The position numbers and the translations under genes were made by a program. From Mobula hypostoma (taxonomy: Eukaryota), in contig NC_086108.1 in assembly GCF_963921235.1 (NCBI RefSeq), positions 93,870,001 to 93,934,000 of the forward strand: DNA of 64,000 nucleotides, written 5' to 3'. Positions 13,223 through 26,624 of this stretch are shown piece by piece. The first letter of the stretch is position 1, and every line of letters starts with the position of its first letter. A model generated the notes under the pieces. It made no database searches. It was given only the letters and a program-made list of their open reading frames with translations, and was not told the origin of the DNA.

Positions 13223-16200
13223 TGTAGGATTTTGTGAATAAAACACGTGAGAGTCATTTTATGTGCTTTAACAAAAGCCACAGCCCTTTACCTCCAATAC
13301 GAACAAACCCAAAAGTAGTCACCTTACACTGACAACATTATGTCAGACAGTATCTCAAAGTGAACACAACTCAATGACAGTGTTTGTGAATTATGTAGAA
13401 CAGGTTCTATTATGAACAAACACACATGGTTATGCCATGATGCATGGGTTATGGCAGTGGAACCATCTGGTTTAAAGCAACCTACAGAAATACATTCAAG
13501 TTTACGCTTCCTATCTACGACAAAAGTCTCTTCTCGCCATTTCAAAATGCAGAACGGACATTGTAAGAGCTTAAAGGGCGTTGACATACATCATGGCGGA
13601 CAAGAACAAACGAGGTAGAACATGGGTCGACAGAACCCAAGAGACTGTACGCCATGATGGGAGGTGGGAATAGGTGTCAAAGAATTGAGTTTACTGAGGG
13701 ATCAGAACGTTGCTGAGACACCAACCAGGCGGTTGTGGCATCAGAAATAAAATCACCCGGTACACGTCCCAGCTGCCCGCACACCTGCTTAACTATGGAA
13801 GCCTGTGGGCCCTCTTTTGGAGCCATTCTGAGCCCCAGCAGGACCCACAGGAGATGATCATGTCAACACATCCATCAGGGAGACCGTCAGAGGAGCCTTT
13901 AAGGAGCGTTGAAACTACTTGCATTGACCGCTGGACTGCGGGTGATACGCTGTGGTGTGATGTTGAGGTTCTGAGCCATTGTGGCCCAGAGGTCTGACGT
14001 GGATTAGGGACCATGGTCAGAAGTAGTGTCAGGGATGCCAAATTGTGTGACCCAGGTGCTGATGAATGTCCAAGCTCTGTCTGCATTGTCATCAACGCGA
14101 GAGGAACAAGTTCTGGCCTCCTGGTGGTACAGTCCACCATGCGAGGTGCAAGAAACCGCAGGAGGACGAGGAGAGGACCAACCAGGTCCACATTGACATG
14201 GTCAAGCAGTCGCTCAGGGACCTCAAAGGGTGCCGATGGTGCCCAAACCTGACAGTTAATTTTTGCCCACTAACATACAACACAGGCTGCACGCTCGTCT
14301 CGTACGTCCTTCCTAAGGCCATGCCACACAAACGTTAAGACAACCAGTCTCCATGAAACCTTCTCATCTTGATGCGAGAAGCTGTGAATGAAACAGTGTT
14401 TGCAGGCACTATGGGACGAGGGCGACCAGTTGAGACATCACACAGGAGAGCAATTCCTGCATCCCCAAACATGACGTCAGCCAACCACAGGCCTGTGCCT
14501 GCTGTTCTGTAGGCCTGGACCTCTGGGTCGGTAACTTGATCAGCTGTCATATTGGCACAGTCAACCCCAATGTGTATTGCATCAATGGTGAGCTGTGAGA
14601 GGCAATCAGCCACAGCACCACTTTTCCCTTTGATGTGCTGGATATGTCAGTCGTAAATTCCGAAATTCCCATGCAGGCCAGCTGGTATTGCTGCCATGCA
14701 GACCGAGGGTCTGGAGCTTTGCCCGTTATGTGCATGGGGTGGGGGGGGCAGGGGTTTGTGGTCAGCAAAAACTGTGAAATGATGACCCTCCAGTAGAAAA
14801 TGAAAATGGCAGATGGGCAGATAGAGACCAAGAAGTCTTTCGGCCTGAAACGTTGACTATACTTTTTCCCATAGATGCTGCCTGGTCTGCTGAGCAATCC
14901 TCCAGCATTTTGCGTGTGTTGCTTGGATTTCCAGCATCTGCAGACTTTCTCTGTTCACGGCCAATCATGCTGGTGGGGGGGGTGGGGGGCGGAGGGGGCA
15001 TCACTGCCACGTGCTGCCACCCAACTGTTTGGACAGCACCCACAGCATGGTCTGAGGCGTCAGTACTGATGACTACAGGTGCACTGGGGAGCAGGTACGC
15101 CAGTAGGGTTGTGTTGGATAGAGCTCGTTTGGTGTCATCAAATTTGGTCAAGTCCACTGAGCACTCAAGCTTATGTTTAGGGGAGCTTAAGTTCAGCAGC
15201 TCATGGAATGAAACGGTGATACAAATTCACCATACCTCAAAGCCCTTGCAGTGCTTTGGTAGTGCAGGGCAGTGGAAAGTCCCTAAAAGCAGCAGCTTTT
15301 GATGGCAGGCGTGTTGCACCTTTTCCAGAGAAAGAAAAAGTCAACAGTAGTCTGGCTTTTAATGGGGTTAATAATCAGCCCATATTGACTTAAGTACTTG
15401 AAAAGTGTACAGAAATGTGGCAAGTGTTCAATTTTGGATGCGATGTCGACAAATATGTCATCCAATTAAACAAAATGAAAAGCTAAGTCTTTAACAAAGT
15501 TGCTTAGTTGCTGGAAAGTCTGTGCTGCATGTTTCAGCCCAGATGGCATGCGCAGAATCTCAGATAGGGCAAATGGGTTGTAACAGCGGTTTTGAGAATA
15601 TCCTCAGCACACACAAGAACCTGGTGGTCCCCCTGACTAAGTCTGCTTTAGAAAAATTTACCTTTGCAGCTAAATGTGCAGAAAAGTTTTGGATATGTGA
15701 GACCAGGTAATGATTGGAGGTGACGGCATGGACAGCAATGACCAATGGGCTTAGGGACCACGTCCAGTGCTAAACCCCAAGGGCTATTCAACCTGCGTAC
15801 AATGCCAAGCATTTCCATGTCAGCAAACTCAGCCTTCGTGCTAGCCAGCTTTTCTGAGTCTAGTCTACGTGCATGGGCGTGGACCGTCAAGCCAGTTGAG
15901 GAAATGTGGTGCTTGACCCAATGCCTTGTGACTGTGGTGGAAAACGTTGGCTTGGTGAGGTTTGGGAATTCGGCCAGCAGCAGACTGAATTCACAGGTGG
16001 TGGTGCATGCACTAGACAGAGTCATCACAGGGAACTTACTGGGGGTACAAGGTAACGACACAAAGTCGTTTGCAACCACAAGCTGGCAGTTCTGAGGACC
16101 TACTAACAGTCCTTTGGCGCACAGGAGATCTGCACTGAGCAGATGTCTAGCCACTTCAGCCAAGACAAAGTCCCATGTGTAGTGTCGCCCACTGAAGCAG

Positions 16201-17231
16201 AGTATCATGTGTCATGTCTCAAGACCAGATCCTGCCTTCAGCAAGGGTTCGTGGCTCTCCAGCTTGTAATCAATGGGCAACGCTGGCCACACACTCACGT
16301 GAGCATCCCTGTCACACAGGAAGCATCGCCCTGAAAGAATAGACGGCCCTGCCGGATGGAACCCACGGTGTTCACAGACCTCCTACCTTCTGATGCGCTG
16401 GCACCATCGAAGCTGCAAGGCAGTCGGCACTCATTGCCATTTGAGCCGAAGCACGTGTGGGTAAAACACAGACCTGGTGTTGTCTGGTTTGGAGCCATGG
16501 GCGTGAGACTGCTGGAGGCCGATTGAGACAGCGAAAGGAGGAGGAACGATACACCTCTACCTGACCGAGTGTAGACTATCGGGCATCTAAGCAAGCTCCC
16601 TATAGGCCTTCATGTGTGTTAGTGTGAGCTGTACAAACTTGATCAGGCATTTATTGCATAAAGAGTTCTTTCAAAATAAAACTAGAATGGTGATTGGTCA
16701 GAAGAGATAGTATGTAGTCCATTAGTTCTGAAGGCCTAGGAGATGGGCAAGGAGAGCAACTGTTTGGTGTACTCGCTCAGATAGACAGTCCAGAAGTCTG
16801 TAGAAGGTGAGTTTTTGGAGCGACATATTTATCACATGCAGGCAGATTGTCCAGCAAGTAGACGGACCACTCTGGCTCCAGTGGAACTACTGAGCGATGC
16901 TACAACACAGAAAAATTTGGTATCTCTCACAGCACAAACTGGGCTTCACCTGTGCAAACTACGTGGTAGTGCCCTGCTCCCAAAACTCCGGCAGCTTCAA
17001 AGTGGCTGCATTGGTCGACATGTCATTGAGTAACGCAGGAATCGTCTGGGGTCACCAATTTGGGATTTTGTGAATATAACACGCAAGAATCATTTTACGT
17101 GCTTAACAAAATCTATAGCCCTTTACTTCCATTATGAATAAACCAAAGCAGTTGCTGAGACTCTTAAAGAGAACGCAACAACTCAATGATAGTGTTTGTG
17201 AATTATGTAGAACAGTTTCTATTATGAACAA
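13223..17231 (-). mobile_element. Degenerate Gypsy/Ty3 LTR retrotransposon
   Basis: Diverged LTR remnants ~13223-13420 and ~17061-17231; PBS TGGTGACCCC (- strand, 17049-17058); gag-like LPEFW...FAQVEAQF; RT MDDIFV; RNase H TDASDHAVGAV; integrase DLVGPL; many stops and frameshifts. Confidence 0.88.
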
Positions 17232-17377
17232 TATGAGTAAGTTATCACCCATTACCCTACAATGTCTTTGGAGCTTTGAAACTCCTCACGTTGGGAAGGT
17301 GGGAGAATAACTGATGGAAATAGGAGAATGAGGCCCCTGCTCTCAAAAAGTAGAAGGGAACATCAAATAAGCTGAAT

Positions 17378-18120
17378 TGAGTGGTGTCAGCACAACAACC
17401 TTGCACTCAACTCAGTAAGACCAAAGGAGTGAATGTGGTCTTCAGATAGGGTAAGACAAGGGAACACACCAGTGCTCATCGAGGGATCAGAATTGGAAAG
17501 CGTGTCAACAGCTCTGAGGATCTAACCTGGGCACAACATATCGATGCAGTTATTAAGAAGGCACGACAGTGACTATATTTCATTCAGAGTTTGAGGAGAT
17601 TTGCTATATCACCAAAGACACAACTTTCTACAGATGTCCCGTGGACAACATTCTAACTGGCATGCTGTCTGGTATTGTGGGGGGCTGCTACTGCACAGGA
17701 TCAAAATAAGCTGCATCAAATTGTGAACTCATTCAGACCCATCATGGGCACTACCCTCCCCAGCATCCAGGATATCTTCAAGGAGCGATGCCTCAAAAAG
17801 GTGGCATCCATCTTTAAGGACCCCATCACCCAGGACGTGCCCTCTTCTCATTGCTACCATCAGGGAGGAGGTACAGGAGCCTGAAGGCACACACTCAACA
17901 ATTCAGGAATAGCTTCTTCCTCTCTGCTGTCAGATTTCTGAATGGACGTTAAACCCACGGACACTACCTCACTTCTTTATTTTCCTCTCTCTTTTTGCAC
18001 TACTTACCTAATTTAACTTTTAAAATATATGTAAATTACAGTAAGTACAGTTTTTATGTATTACAATATACTGCTGCTGCATAACAAAAATCAATGCTAG
18101 TGATATTAAACCTGATTCCA
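17378..18120 (+). mobile_element. Rex1/Babar-type LINE 3' fragment
   Basis: Degenerate C-terminal RT region and AAACCTGATTC tail. Confidence 0.7.
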
Positions 18121-19530
18121 ATAATCGCTGATGTTGGGATCTCTGCTTTGATTTCAGAAAAGAGAGATGGATCTGAATGATAAATTGGCACAAATGTGCT
18201 AATGCAGCACATTGACAGGAGATTGAAATCGATTTCAATCTGTTGCTACAAAAACTTTTAGTGTCAATTCACTAATGGTTGACAATTATGATAGCGGAAT
18301 GAACATTAGTACCAGTGTATTAAACATGACTAATGTTATGAGAGTTCATCAGTGTTTTAACAGAAGCATTTAAAATATCCATATATCAGATGGCACTGGA
18401 GATAGAAATTGATATCAGTGGCTTCTCTCAATACAGGAAAAATGGCCCTGGATAAATCCTACTAAGCCCCAGACCAAGAATGGACTTCCTGTTGCTTCTG
18501 AGGATAATTCATAAAACATTCAAGTTCCAGGACTCCTGTCTTGGGGTTGTTGCAAAAGCGAACACTATCTCCTTATTCATTTTTATTGCACTATTTATGT
18601 TTTTGAAATGTATAGTAATTTTGTACTCTACTGCCACCGTAGATCAGGAAACTTCACCTTTACGAGCCAGTGACAATAAATCTGATTCAGAAAGTACAGA
18701 GAGTTAAAATGGATAGCATAGAGGTTAGCGTAACACCACTGTCTGGTAGAAGTTTGTATGTTCTCCCTGTGACCGCGTGGATTCCCTCTGGGTGCTCTGG
18801 TTTCCTCCCACATTCTAAAGGCATACGAGTTAGGGTCAGTAAGTTGTGGGCTTGTTACGTTGGTGTCGGAAGCATGGTGACACTTGCGGACAACCCTTAG
18901 TACATCCCCAACACAAACGATGCACTTCAAGCTATGTTTCGATGTACGTACATGTGACTAACAAAGCTAATCTTTAACCAAAAAAAGAAAACTAGCAGTG
19001 TAGTCTTCCTTTGTACAAGGCTGTGGCTTGGACAAATACAGATTATTATCCAGTTTTGGTTCTCTCCTTTGGCAGGGCTAGATTCAGACGAGGACCACTT
19101 AGTTGGCATCTTTTTTTTAAAAAAATAGTTAACAATAACCGGGAGTAGAAAACTGGGTATACTTCACGTGAAAAATCAGAGTAAATTGCACAGAAACAGG
19201 CCCTTTGGCCCAACTGGTCTATGCTGACTGAATTAAACTCCATTTGCCATTCCCCGGCCCACTTAATCAGCTGATCAATATCCTTCTGTAAATTTTGATT
19301 TCTTCTTCATTGTCCTCTATACAACCTATATTAGAGTTATCTTACTAACCATGCCTTGTACATTCCTATCCAAACCATTGATATAGATGACAACAAAAAT
19401 GGGCCCAGCATCCACCCCAGAGGCACACAACTAGTCACAGGCCTCCAGTTCAAGGAGGAACTTTCTACATCACCCTCTGCTTTCTACCATCAGGCCAATT
19501 GTGTATCTAATTAGCCAGCTTTGTCCAGAG

Positions 19531-19609
19531 CAGGGGTTCTCAACTTTTTTATGCCATGAACCAACACCATTAAGTATGGAATTTGTAGACCCCCAGCTGG
19601 GAACCCCTG
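19531..19609. mobile_element. ~80-bp hAT MITE (other copies at ~21392-21473 and partial ~62503)
   Basis: CAGGGGTT...AACCCCTG termini; imperfect 8-bp TSD GTCCAGAG / CTCTAGGG. Confidence 0.75.
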
Positions 19610-20071
19610 CTCTAGGGGGATGGTGATGGTGAAGGAGAAATATTGGCAAACGCCTTAATAGAATATTTTAATAAATTAGCTCTCTGTCATATTCCTTTCT
19701 CCAGAAGACTTCATGGCTATGCAACAGGGGAGTTAATGGCACATGAAGATAAATGGTACTGTGACGGAATTAGGCTTGATAGACCAGAACATCATTTCCT
19801 GATCATGTTCATAGGCTCTAAAAGTTATATTTACCCAGAATCAGTGAGTGTCATTTGAAGATCTCTTCCTCGCTGAATTCGACAGATTCTTAATCAGTGG
19901 AACCTCCAATGATCAGATCAAGTTCGCTGTTCTCACACATCATATAATAGTCAATAAGAAGCAGTAGCATTCGTGTTCTCTCTCCCCTCTTCAGTCCCTG
20001 ACTGATAAAATCCCTATCTATCTCAGCTTTGGACTTATTTCAGTGGTCCAGCACTCATGTGGTTTCTGGAT

Positions 20072-20731
20072 TTCAAGATTCAAAGATTCAAGTTTCAAAA
20101 AACTTTATTGTCATTCTAACCATACATCAGCTCTGCAGGGCAGAATGAGACAGCGTTTTCCAGGAGCAGTGCAATCATAACATAATAAACACAACATTAA
20201 ATAATAAACATAACAATAAATAGTGAAAACACAACAGCCACATGTCAGTTAAAATCAAGTTATACGTGTCCAGTGCAAGTTAAAAGTGTCCAAAGCAGAG
20301 TCAGGTAGAGCAGCTATTTAGTCGTCTGACTGCCTGTGGGAGGAAGCTGTTTTAGTAGCCTTGTGGTTTTAGTTTTGATGCTCCTGTAACGTTTGCCTGA
20401 TGGCGGAAGAACAAACAGTTCATGGAGAGGGTGTGAGGGGTCTTTAATGATGTACCGTGTCTTCTGGAGGCATCGACTCTGAAAGAGGCCTTGGACAGAA
20501 GGTAGGGAGACCCCAATGACCTTCTCTGCTCCCCAACCACCCTCTGCAAGGCTTTTTTGTCGACAGCACTGCAGCTGGAGTACCAGGTTGTGATGCAAAA
20601 GGTCAGCACACTCTCAACCACGCCTCTGTAGAATGTAGTTAAGATGTTAGTGGGGAGTGATGCTTGTTTAAGCTTCCTCAGAAAGTGCAATCTCTGCTGG
20701 GCCCGTTTCACAATCCCAGTGGTGTTTCTGA
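20072..20731 (-). mobile_element. Rex1/Babar-type LINE 3' fragment
   Basis: ORFs 20352-20711 (QQRLHFLRKL...ESVLTFCITTWY) and 20314-20598. Confidence 0.8.
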
Positions 20732-21133
20732 CATGTACTGCTCTTCCTCATGATCATCACTATCGAATTTCCAATATCTGTTTCTTTTGTGATTCAATGG
20801 ACATGCATGGTTAAAATAATGAATCGGGTACACAATATACAAATCAAAAGTAAAAGCAATATCAGGAAACAATACACTTTAGTCCTGAAGAGACACAAGA
20901 TGAGACAATGATTCGAGTGTGCCGAGGTTACTGGTAAACATTCTGATTGTAGTGACCACCTGGAAAATACTGTTTGCTGACCCTCTGGCTGGCTACCTGT
21001 ACCTTTCATTCTGTATTCATGAGGTATTACAATGATCCATGGTCACTTTTGTGGTCACTAAACTACTCACAAATGCTGTCCATACAGGATTCACATAGAC
21101 AATTACACATGTGTGATTGGATAAATGCAGAAT

Positions 21134-21782
21134 TTACTCCCACCATATTAGGTACACCAGTACACCTGTTCATTAATGCAGGTCTCTAACCCCCAGCCTA
21201 TTCTGTGGCAGCAAATCAATGCATTAAAGCATAGAGATCTGGTCAAGAGGTTCAGATCAAATATCAGAATGGGGAAGAAATGCGATCTAAGTGACCTTGA
21301 CCATGGAATGATTGCTGGTGCCAGATGGGACGGTTTGAGCATCTGAGAAACCACTGATCTTCTGGTATTTTCATGCACTACAGTCTCCAGAGCAGGGGTT
21401 CCCAATCTTTTGTTACGCCATGGAGCCCTGCCATTAACCAAGGGGTCCATGGACTCCAGGTTGGAAACCCCTGCTCTAGGGTTTACAAGGATGGGTGCGA
21501 AAAACAAAAACATATCCAGTGAGTGGCCATTCTGTGGGCAAAAATGCCTTGTTAATGAGAGGGGTCAGAGGAGAGTAGCCAGACTGGTTCAAGCTGACAG
21601 GAAGGGGACAGTAACTCAAATCACCACACGTTACAACAGTGGTGAGCGAAAGAGTATCCCTGGATGCACAACATGTCGAACCTTGAACTGAACGGGCTAC
21701 AGCAACAGAAAACCACAAAGATACACTCACTGGCCACTTTTTTTAGATATAGGAGCTACCTAATAAAGTGGCCACTGAGTGG
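21134..21782 (+). mobile_element. Internally deleted Tc1/mariner element
   Basis: Transposase N-terminus MGKKCDLSD...GQRRVARLVQADRK; TIR-like ATAAAGTGGCCACTGAGTG; MITE nested inside. Confidence 0.75.
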
Positions 21783-22204
21783 ATGTTAATCCTAATCTGT
21801 AATCGGGTACAAGACCCACAGAGAGAGTTAAGGAGTTAAAAAAAATAAAATCACACAATGCTGGCAGAATTGTCAGTAACTAGAGTGTCTGCTGCTCCCA
21901 CTCACAGAGCGGTCAGTAACTAGAGGGTCTGATTCAAGATATCTGGCATGCGCGTCAGAAGTTGAGGTGAAAATATTTTGTACCTAATAATAAACTTCAA
22001 TTGACATAGTATCTCTGATATAAAAAAGAATTGCCAAGGTACTGCACAGGACTCTGGACAAACAAAGAACTGGTACCAAATCTTACCTATTAGTCCAGAT
22101 GCATATAGGTGTTAAGAAACATCTTAAAAGAGGGGCGAGTTAGAAAATCCAGAGCACAGATACAAAATGCTGGAAGAATTCAGCGGATCAGGACCCCTGA
22201 CCCG

Positions 22205-22241
<37 letters not shown>

Positions 22242-22356
22242 CACGCATATCTGCAGAAAGCCTTTAAGATGGAAAAGCCAGAAATGTTTCAAAAGAGAAT
22301 CCCACTGCTTCTCACCTTGACAGCTGAACAAATGCCTGCAAATGTTCAGTTGAGTA

Positions 22357-23141
22357 AATAGAAACATCGAAAATCTATAGCACAATACAGGCCCTTCGGC
22401 CCACAAAGCTGTGCCAAACATGTCCTTACCTTAGGAATTACCTAGGGCTACCCATAGCCCTCTAGTTTTCTAAGGTCCATGTACCTATCCAAGAGTCTCT
22501 TAAAAGACCCTGTTCTATCCACCTCCACCACCGTCACCAGCAGCCTATTCCATGCTCTCACCACTCTCTAGGTACAGAGCAGATCTCCCTGACATCTACA
22601 CTGTACCTACTTCCAAGCACTTTAAGACTGTGCCCTCTTCTGTTAGCCATTTCAGCCCTGGGAAAAAGCCTCTGACTATCCACACGAACAATGCCTCTCA
22701 TCATCTTATACACCTCTATCAGGTCACCTCTCATCCTCCGTCGCTCCAAGGAGAAAGGGCCAAGTTCACTCAACCTATGCTCATAAGGCATGCTCCCCAA
22801 TCCAGGCAACATCCTTGTAAATCTCCTCTGCACCCTTTCTATAGTTTCCACATCTTTCCTGTAGTGTGGCGACTAGAACTGAGTACTCTACAGTACTCCA
22901 AGTGGGCTCTGACCAGTGTCCTATATAGCTGTAACATTACCTCTTGGCTCTTGAACTCAATCCCACGGCTGATGAAGGCCAATACACTGTATGCCTTCTT
23001 AACCACAGAGTCAACCTGCACAGCAGCTTTGAGTGTCCTATGGACTCGGACCCCAAGATCCCTCTGATCCTCCACACTGCCAAGAGTCTTACCATTAATA
23101 CTATATTCTGGTATCATATTTGACCTACCAAAATGAACCAC
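22357..23141 (-). mobile_element. CR1 LINE 3' fragment
   Basis: LVRAHLEYC, VQRRFTRMLPG and RRMRGDLIEVYK motifs; (TTCTATG)-type tail. Confidence 0.88.
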
Positions 23142-23397
23142 CTTACACTAAATGCTGGGGATACTCAGCAGGCCAGGCAGCACGTGTGATGTCTCAGGCC
23201 AATGACTTTCAAATAGTCAATAATCTGGAAAATCAATTATTTTACTCTCTACTAGAGTCATCAAGTCATAGAGAGATACAGATCAGAACAGGCCCTTCAG
23301 CCCACTAAGTCTGCACTGACCACCAGAGAGGTAAAGCACAACCCATCAAGTTCTCAAACACCTCCAAGCATCCTTTCATATTCATCCTACCATAACC

Positions 23398-23972
23398 CAA
23401 AGGCATGACATTGGCTATGTTTCATTAAAAGTTTGAGGAGATTTAGTATGTCACCTAAAACGCTCACACGTTTCTCGAGATGTACCATGGAGACCATTCT
23501 AACTGGCTGTGTCACCACCTGGTGTGGGGGGAACTACTGCGCAAGATTGAAGAAAGCTGCAGAGAGTTGTAAACTTAGTCACCTCCATCACGGGCATGGG
23601 CCTCCACAGAGTCCAGGGCATCAACAAGGAGCGATGTCTCAACAAGGTGGCATTCATCCTTAAGGATCCCCCATCACCCAGGCCATGCCCTCTCCTCATT
23701 GCTACCATCAGGAAGGAGGAACAGAAGCATGAAGACACACACTCAACAGTTCGAGAACAGCTTCCTCTCCACTGCCATCCAATTTCTGAACACTACCTTA
23801 CGACTTTTTTTATTTCAAATTTTGTACGACTTATTTAATTTAACTATTTTATATATATATACTCTCTGTAATTTACAGTTTTTTCTTGATTATTATGTAT
23901 TGCATTGTACTGTGGCCACAAAGTTAACAAATTTTACCACATACTGTATGCCAGTGTTATTAAACTTGATTC
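23398..23972 (+). mobile_element. Rex1/Babar-type LINE 3' fragment
   Basis: ETILTGCVTTW and ILKDP motifs. Confidence 0.7.
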
Positions 23973-24254
23973 TCCCCAAAGGTTCTATCACTCATCTAAC
24001 ACTGGGAGCAGTGGAACCTCCCAACACACGCACACACTCACATCTTCGGTGTATGGGGGGACACTGGGGCACACAGAAGAAACCTGCCTGGTCATAGGCA
24101 GAACATACAAACTCTGCACAGACAGCACTGGAACTCAGGATTGAACCCTCCTCACTGAGATTGTCAGGCAGTAACCCTCCTTTCTGTGTCACTGTTCCCT
24201 GCTGAGTGTTTCTGGTGACTTCTGCTTCTATTTCGGAGCGGTCAGTGCCTTGAG

Positions 24255-24431
24255 TCAGACTCCGAGGTTGAGCTCGAGTTAGGATGCAGTACAGCAAAGG
24301 AAATGCGCGCACTTGATGCAGTGAGGCGCACTCGCTGGGCTGAAGAAGGGCTGGGAGCTGTCGAGCTGGCTAAAGCTGCACAGAGGGCTTCCAAACTGCG
24401 CAGTGACTTCAAATTCCTCTATGATTTAGAG
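24255..24431 (+). pseudogene. Orphan MTHFD1-like fragment (formyltetrahydrofolate synthetase C-terminal region)
   Basis: SDSEVELELGCSTAKEMRALDAVRRTRWAEEGLGAVELAKAAQRASKLRSDFKFLYDLE aligns without gaps to MTHFD1 [59 protein letters not shown] (recalled from memory); followed by GTAAGA; no other exons seen. Confidence 0.75.
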
Positions 24432-26174
24432 GTAAGAATTTGCTTGCAGGCTGGAAAAACTTGTAAATCTGATGGCGGAGGGGAAGAGACGGTTCCAAAA
24501 TCAAGGAGTGTGGTTTTCAGGCTCCTGTACCTCCTCCAATACATAGGATTGGTCCCTGCCTTGGCACTCTGCCTCACCCTCTCAATGGATGCTGCAATGA
24601 GGAGTTTCCTTAGTCAAAGGATAGTGAATCTGTGGAATTCATTGCCGCAGACGGCTGTGGACGCCAAGTTGGTGGATATATTTAAAGTGGAGGTTGATAG
24701 GCTCTTGATAAGTCAGGGCATCAATGGTTATGGGGAGAAGGCAGGTGAATGGGGTTGAGAGGGATAATAAATCAGCCATGATGGAATGGCGGAGCAGACT
24801 CGATGGGCCCAAATGGCCTGAATCTGGTCTTCTGGCTTATGGTCTATTTCTGTTACTTTTATTTTTTTTTTGTTTCTCGTTGATGATCTACATATGCACG
24901 ATTGATAATGGAGAAGTGATGCTCTCTCAGAGGGTTAAAAAACTGGATGGAGATTATAAAGATGAGACTCAATTTCTTTACAATCAAGGGGTTACTTAAG
25001 CAATTGACATTAGGTCATGGACAGTTTTGAATGACAGGTGGATTACAGGGAGTAGGGGGGAGAAAAGCCAGCCGGAGCATTCTGAAATGGCGGATAGATG
25101 AGATTTAAGCTGAGGTGGGCAGGGGGAGAACAAATTTGAGCAATGGTAATAATATTGTGGGTTAAGTGGCACCTTTACACTGTAAATCCATTCATGATAA
25201 GTAATGTGCTGCCTGAGAGAGTGAAGAACATAGATTTGATAGCAACTCTGAAAAGGGGATTGAATGAATCGTTACGGGGGATTAAAATGACGGCGAGGAC
25301 AAGGTATGGGGGCTTTCATCAAGCTGGCAAAGCACAAAAGCCTCGTGCTCTTTGTGTGCGACATGGTTCTGTGTTTCTATATCAAAGGAAATATGATCTT
25401 AGAGAATTTTATTGGCTGGAGTTAATAGTACGTACACACTGTATCATGCCCAAGACACCAGAACTAGAATTAAAATCAATTGCAATCCTGAAACTTTTCC
25501 AGCATTTAGAAACCAGTCCTTAATTCATTCCCCCAAACTCCAATAAAGTCAAAATATTTTGGCTGTCTGAAAGACACAGTGACTTCTTCATATTCACCAG
25601 TATCAATCAGTTCTACTAATGCATTCATTGTGACTGTCATTTATTAAAGTTTTTATCCTTCCGTATAATTCAAGATATTTTCTCATGCTATTCAGGATTT
25701 GTAATGCGAATGTTTTCAAGAAACTGGTCCATGCTTTGATACACTTGATACTAATGCAGAAATCACTTATAGGAGACGACAGTCCCTGTCTGAATGAACC
25801 CAAGATATACTGACATCCACTCTGCCGAAATACGGAATTGTGCTGCAAGCTGTTTCCATCTCCCCGAATTGAATTGAATTGACTTTATTACTTCCATCCC
25901 TCACATACATGAGGAGCAAAATTCTTTACGTTACGTCTCTGTCTAAATGTGCAATTCATAAAGACAGGGTATCAAGCAGTTACAATGTGGGTCTGAATTA
26001 GACAAAAAGTGTAGCAGTAACCCGTACACTACTTTTAGCCACACCATACAAGAGTCCATAGCAGTACATCGCTAAATGTTAAAGAAAAAACCCCGCACGC
26101 CCTCGTTCATTGCATGCAGATCTCTTTCGTTAATACCACACAAAAACCGCCACTATTTTTGCGTTTCTTCCTAC

Positions 26175-26198
26175 CTCGAAGAAGCTGACCCGGCTCAT
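26175..26198 (-). CDS. Putative first coding exon (MSRVSFFE) of a divergent gene, likely TECR-like (trans-2,3-enoyl-CoA reductase family)
   Basis: GCAGCC-ATG Kozak context, 8 codons, then GAG|GTAGGA donor inside a CpG-rich patch; TECR-family exon 1 ends ...Y/F-E|VEILD; exon 2 not found in the window. Confidence 0.45.
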
Positions 26199-26500
26199 GG
26201 CTGCAGGAGTTCCCGGGCGGTCGGTGCTGGTGCTGGTGCCGGTCCCCCGTGCGATCTAAGGAGTAACCCCGGCGGCTTGCGCTCGCTGACAGCTCGGTTG
26301 AGTTAAGGGAGCAGAAGTCGGAATCAGAGAGTGTCTGGCAGTGGACCGCGTACTGACCATCTCCTCTCTGGGCCCTGGGAAATTCTATACAGGGTGGAGC
26401 TAAGGACGAAATGTGACTTAAGGCCAAGAATGGGAGCATCACTCACATCCACGACTCAATGACTCCACGAGAATTTAGCGCAGTCTTCAATTCCCCTTGC
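26199..26500 (-). promoter_or_regulatory. CpG-rich 5' UTR/promoter of the minus-strand gene
   Basis: Local CpG enrichment in unique sequence; TATA-like TATAGAA (- strand, 26383-26389); NF-kB-like GGGAAATTCT (26377-26386); AP-1-like half sites near 26452-26466. Confidence 0.45.
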
Positions 26501-26624
26501 TCTACAGGAGGGAAAATTGGAACTGTTTCTTATTTCCCTCGCTGATTGCAACAGGAGAGTGTTTGACTACAAAGCTATCGTCTCTTGGAGTTGAGCTCAG
26601 ACGTTTAGATACTGCTCTACTCCC

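Noticed and set aside
18927..19243. Possible downstream exon of the minus-strand gene
   Set aside because: No TECR-like translation in the frames examined and no convincing splice-site pair
26175..26500. Tissue factor (F3) or crystallin identity for the minus-strand first exon
   Set aside because: F3 exon 1 encodes a signal peptide and gamma-crystallin exon 1 ends after about 3 codons; neither fits MSRVSFFE|GT
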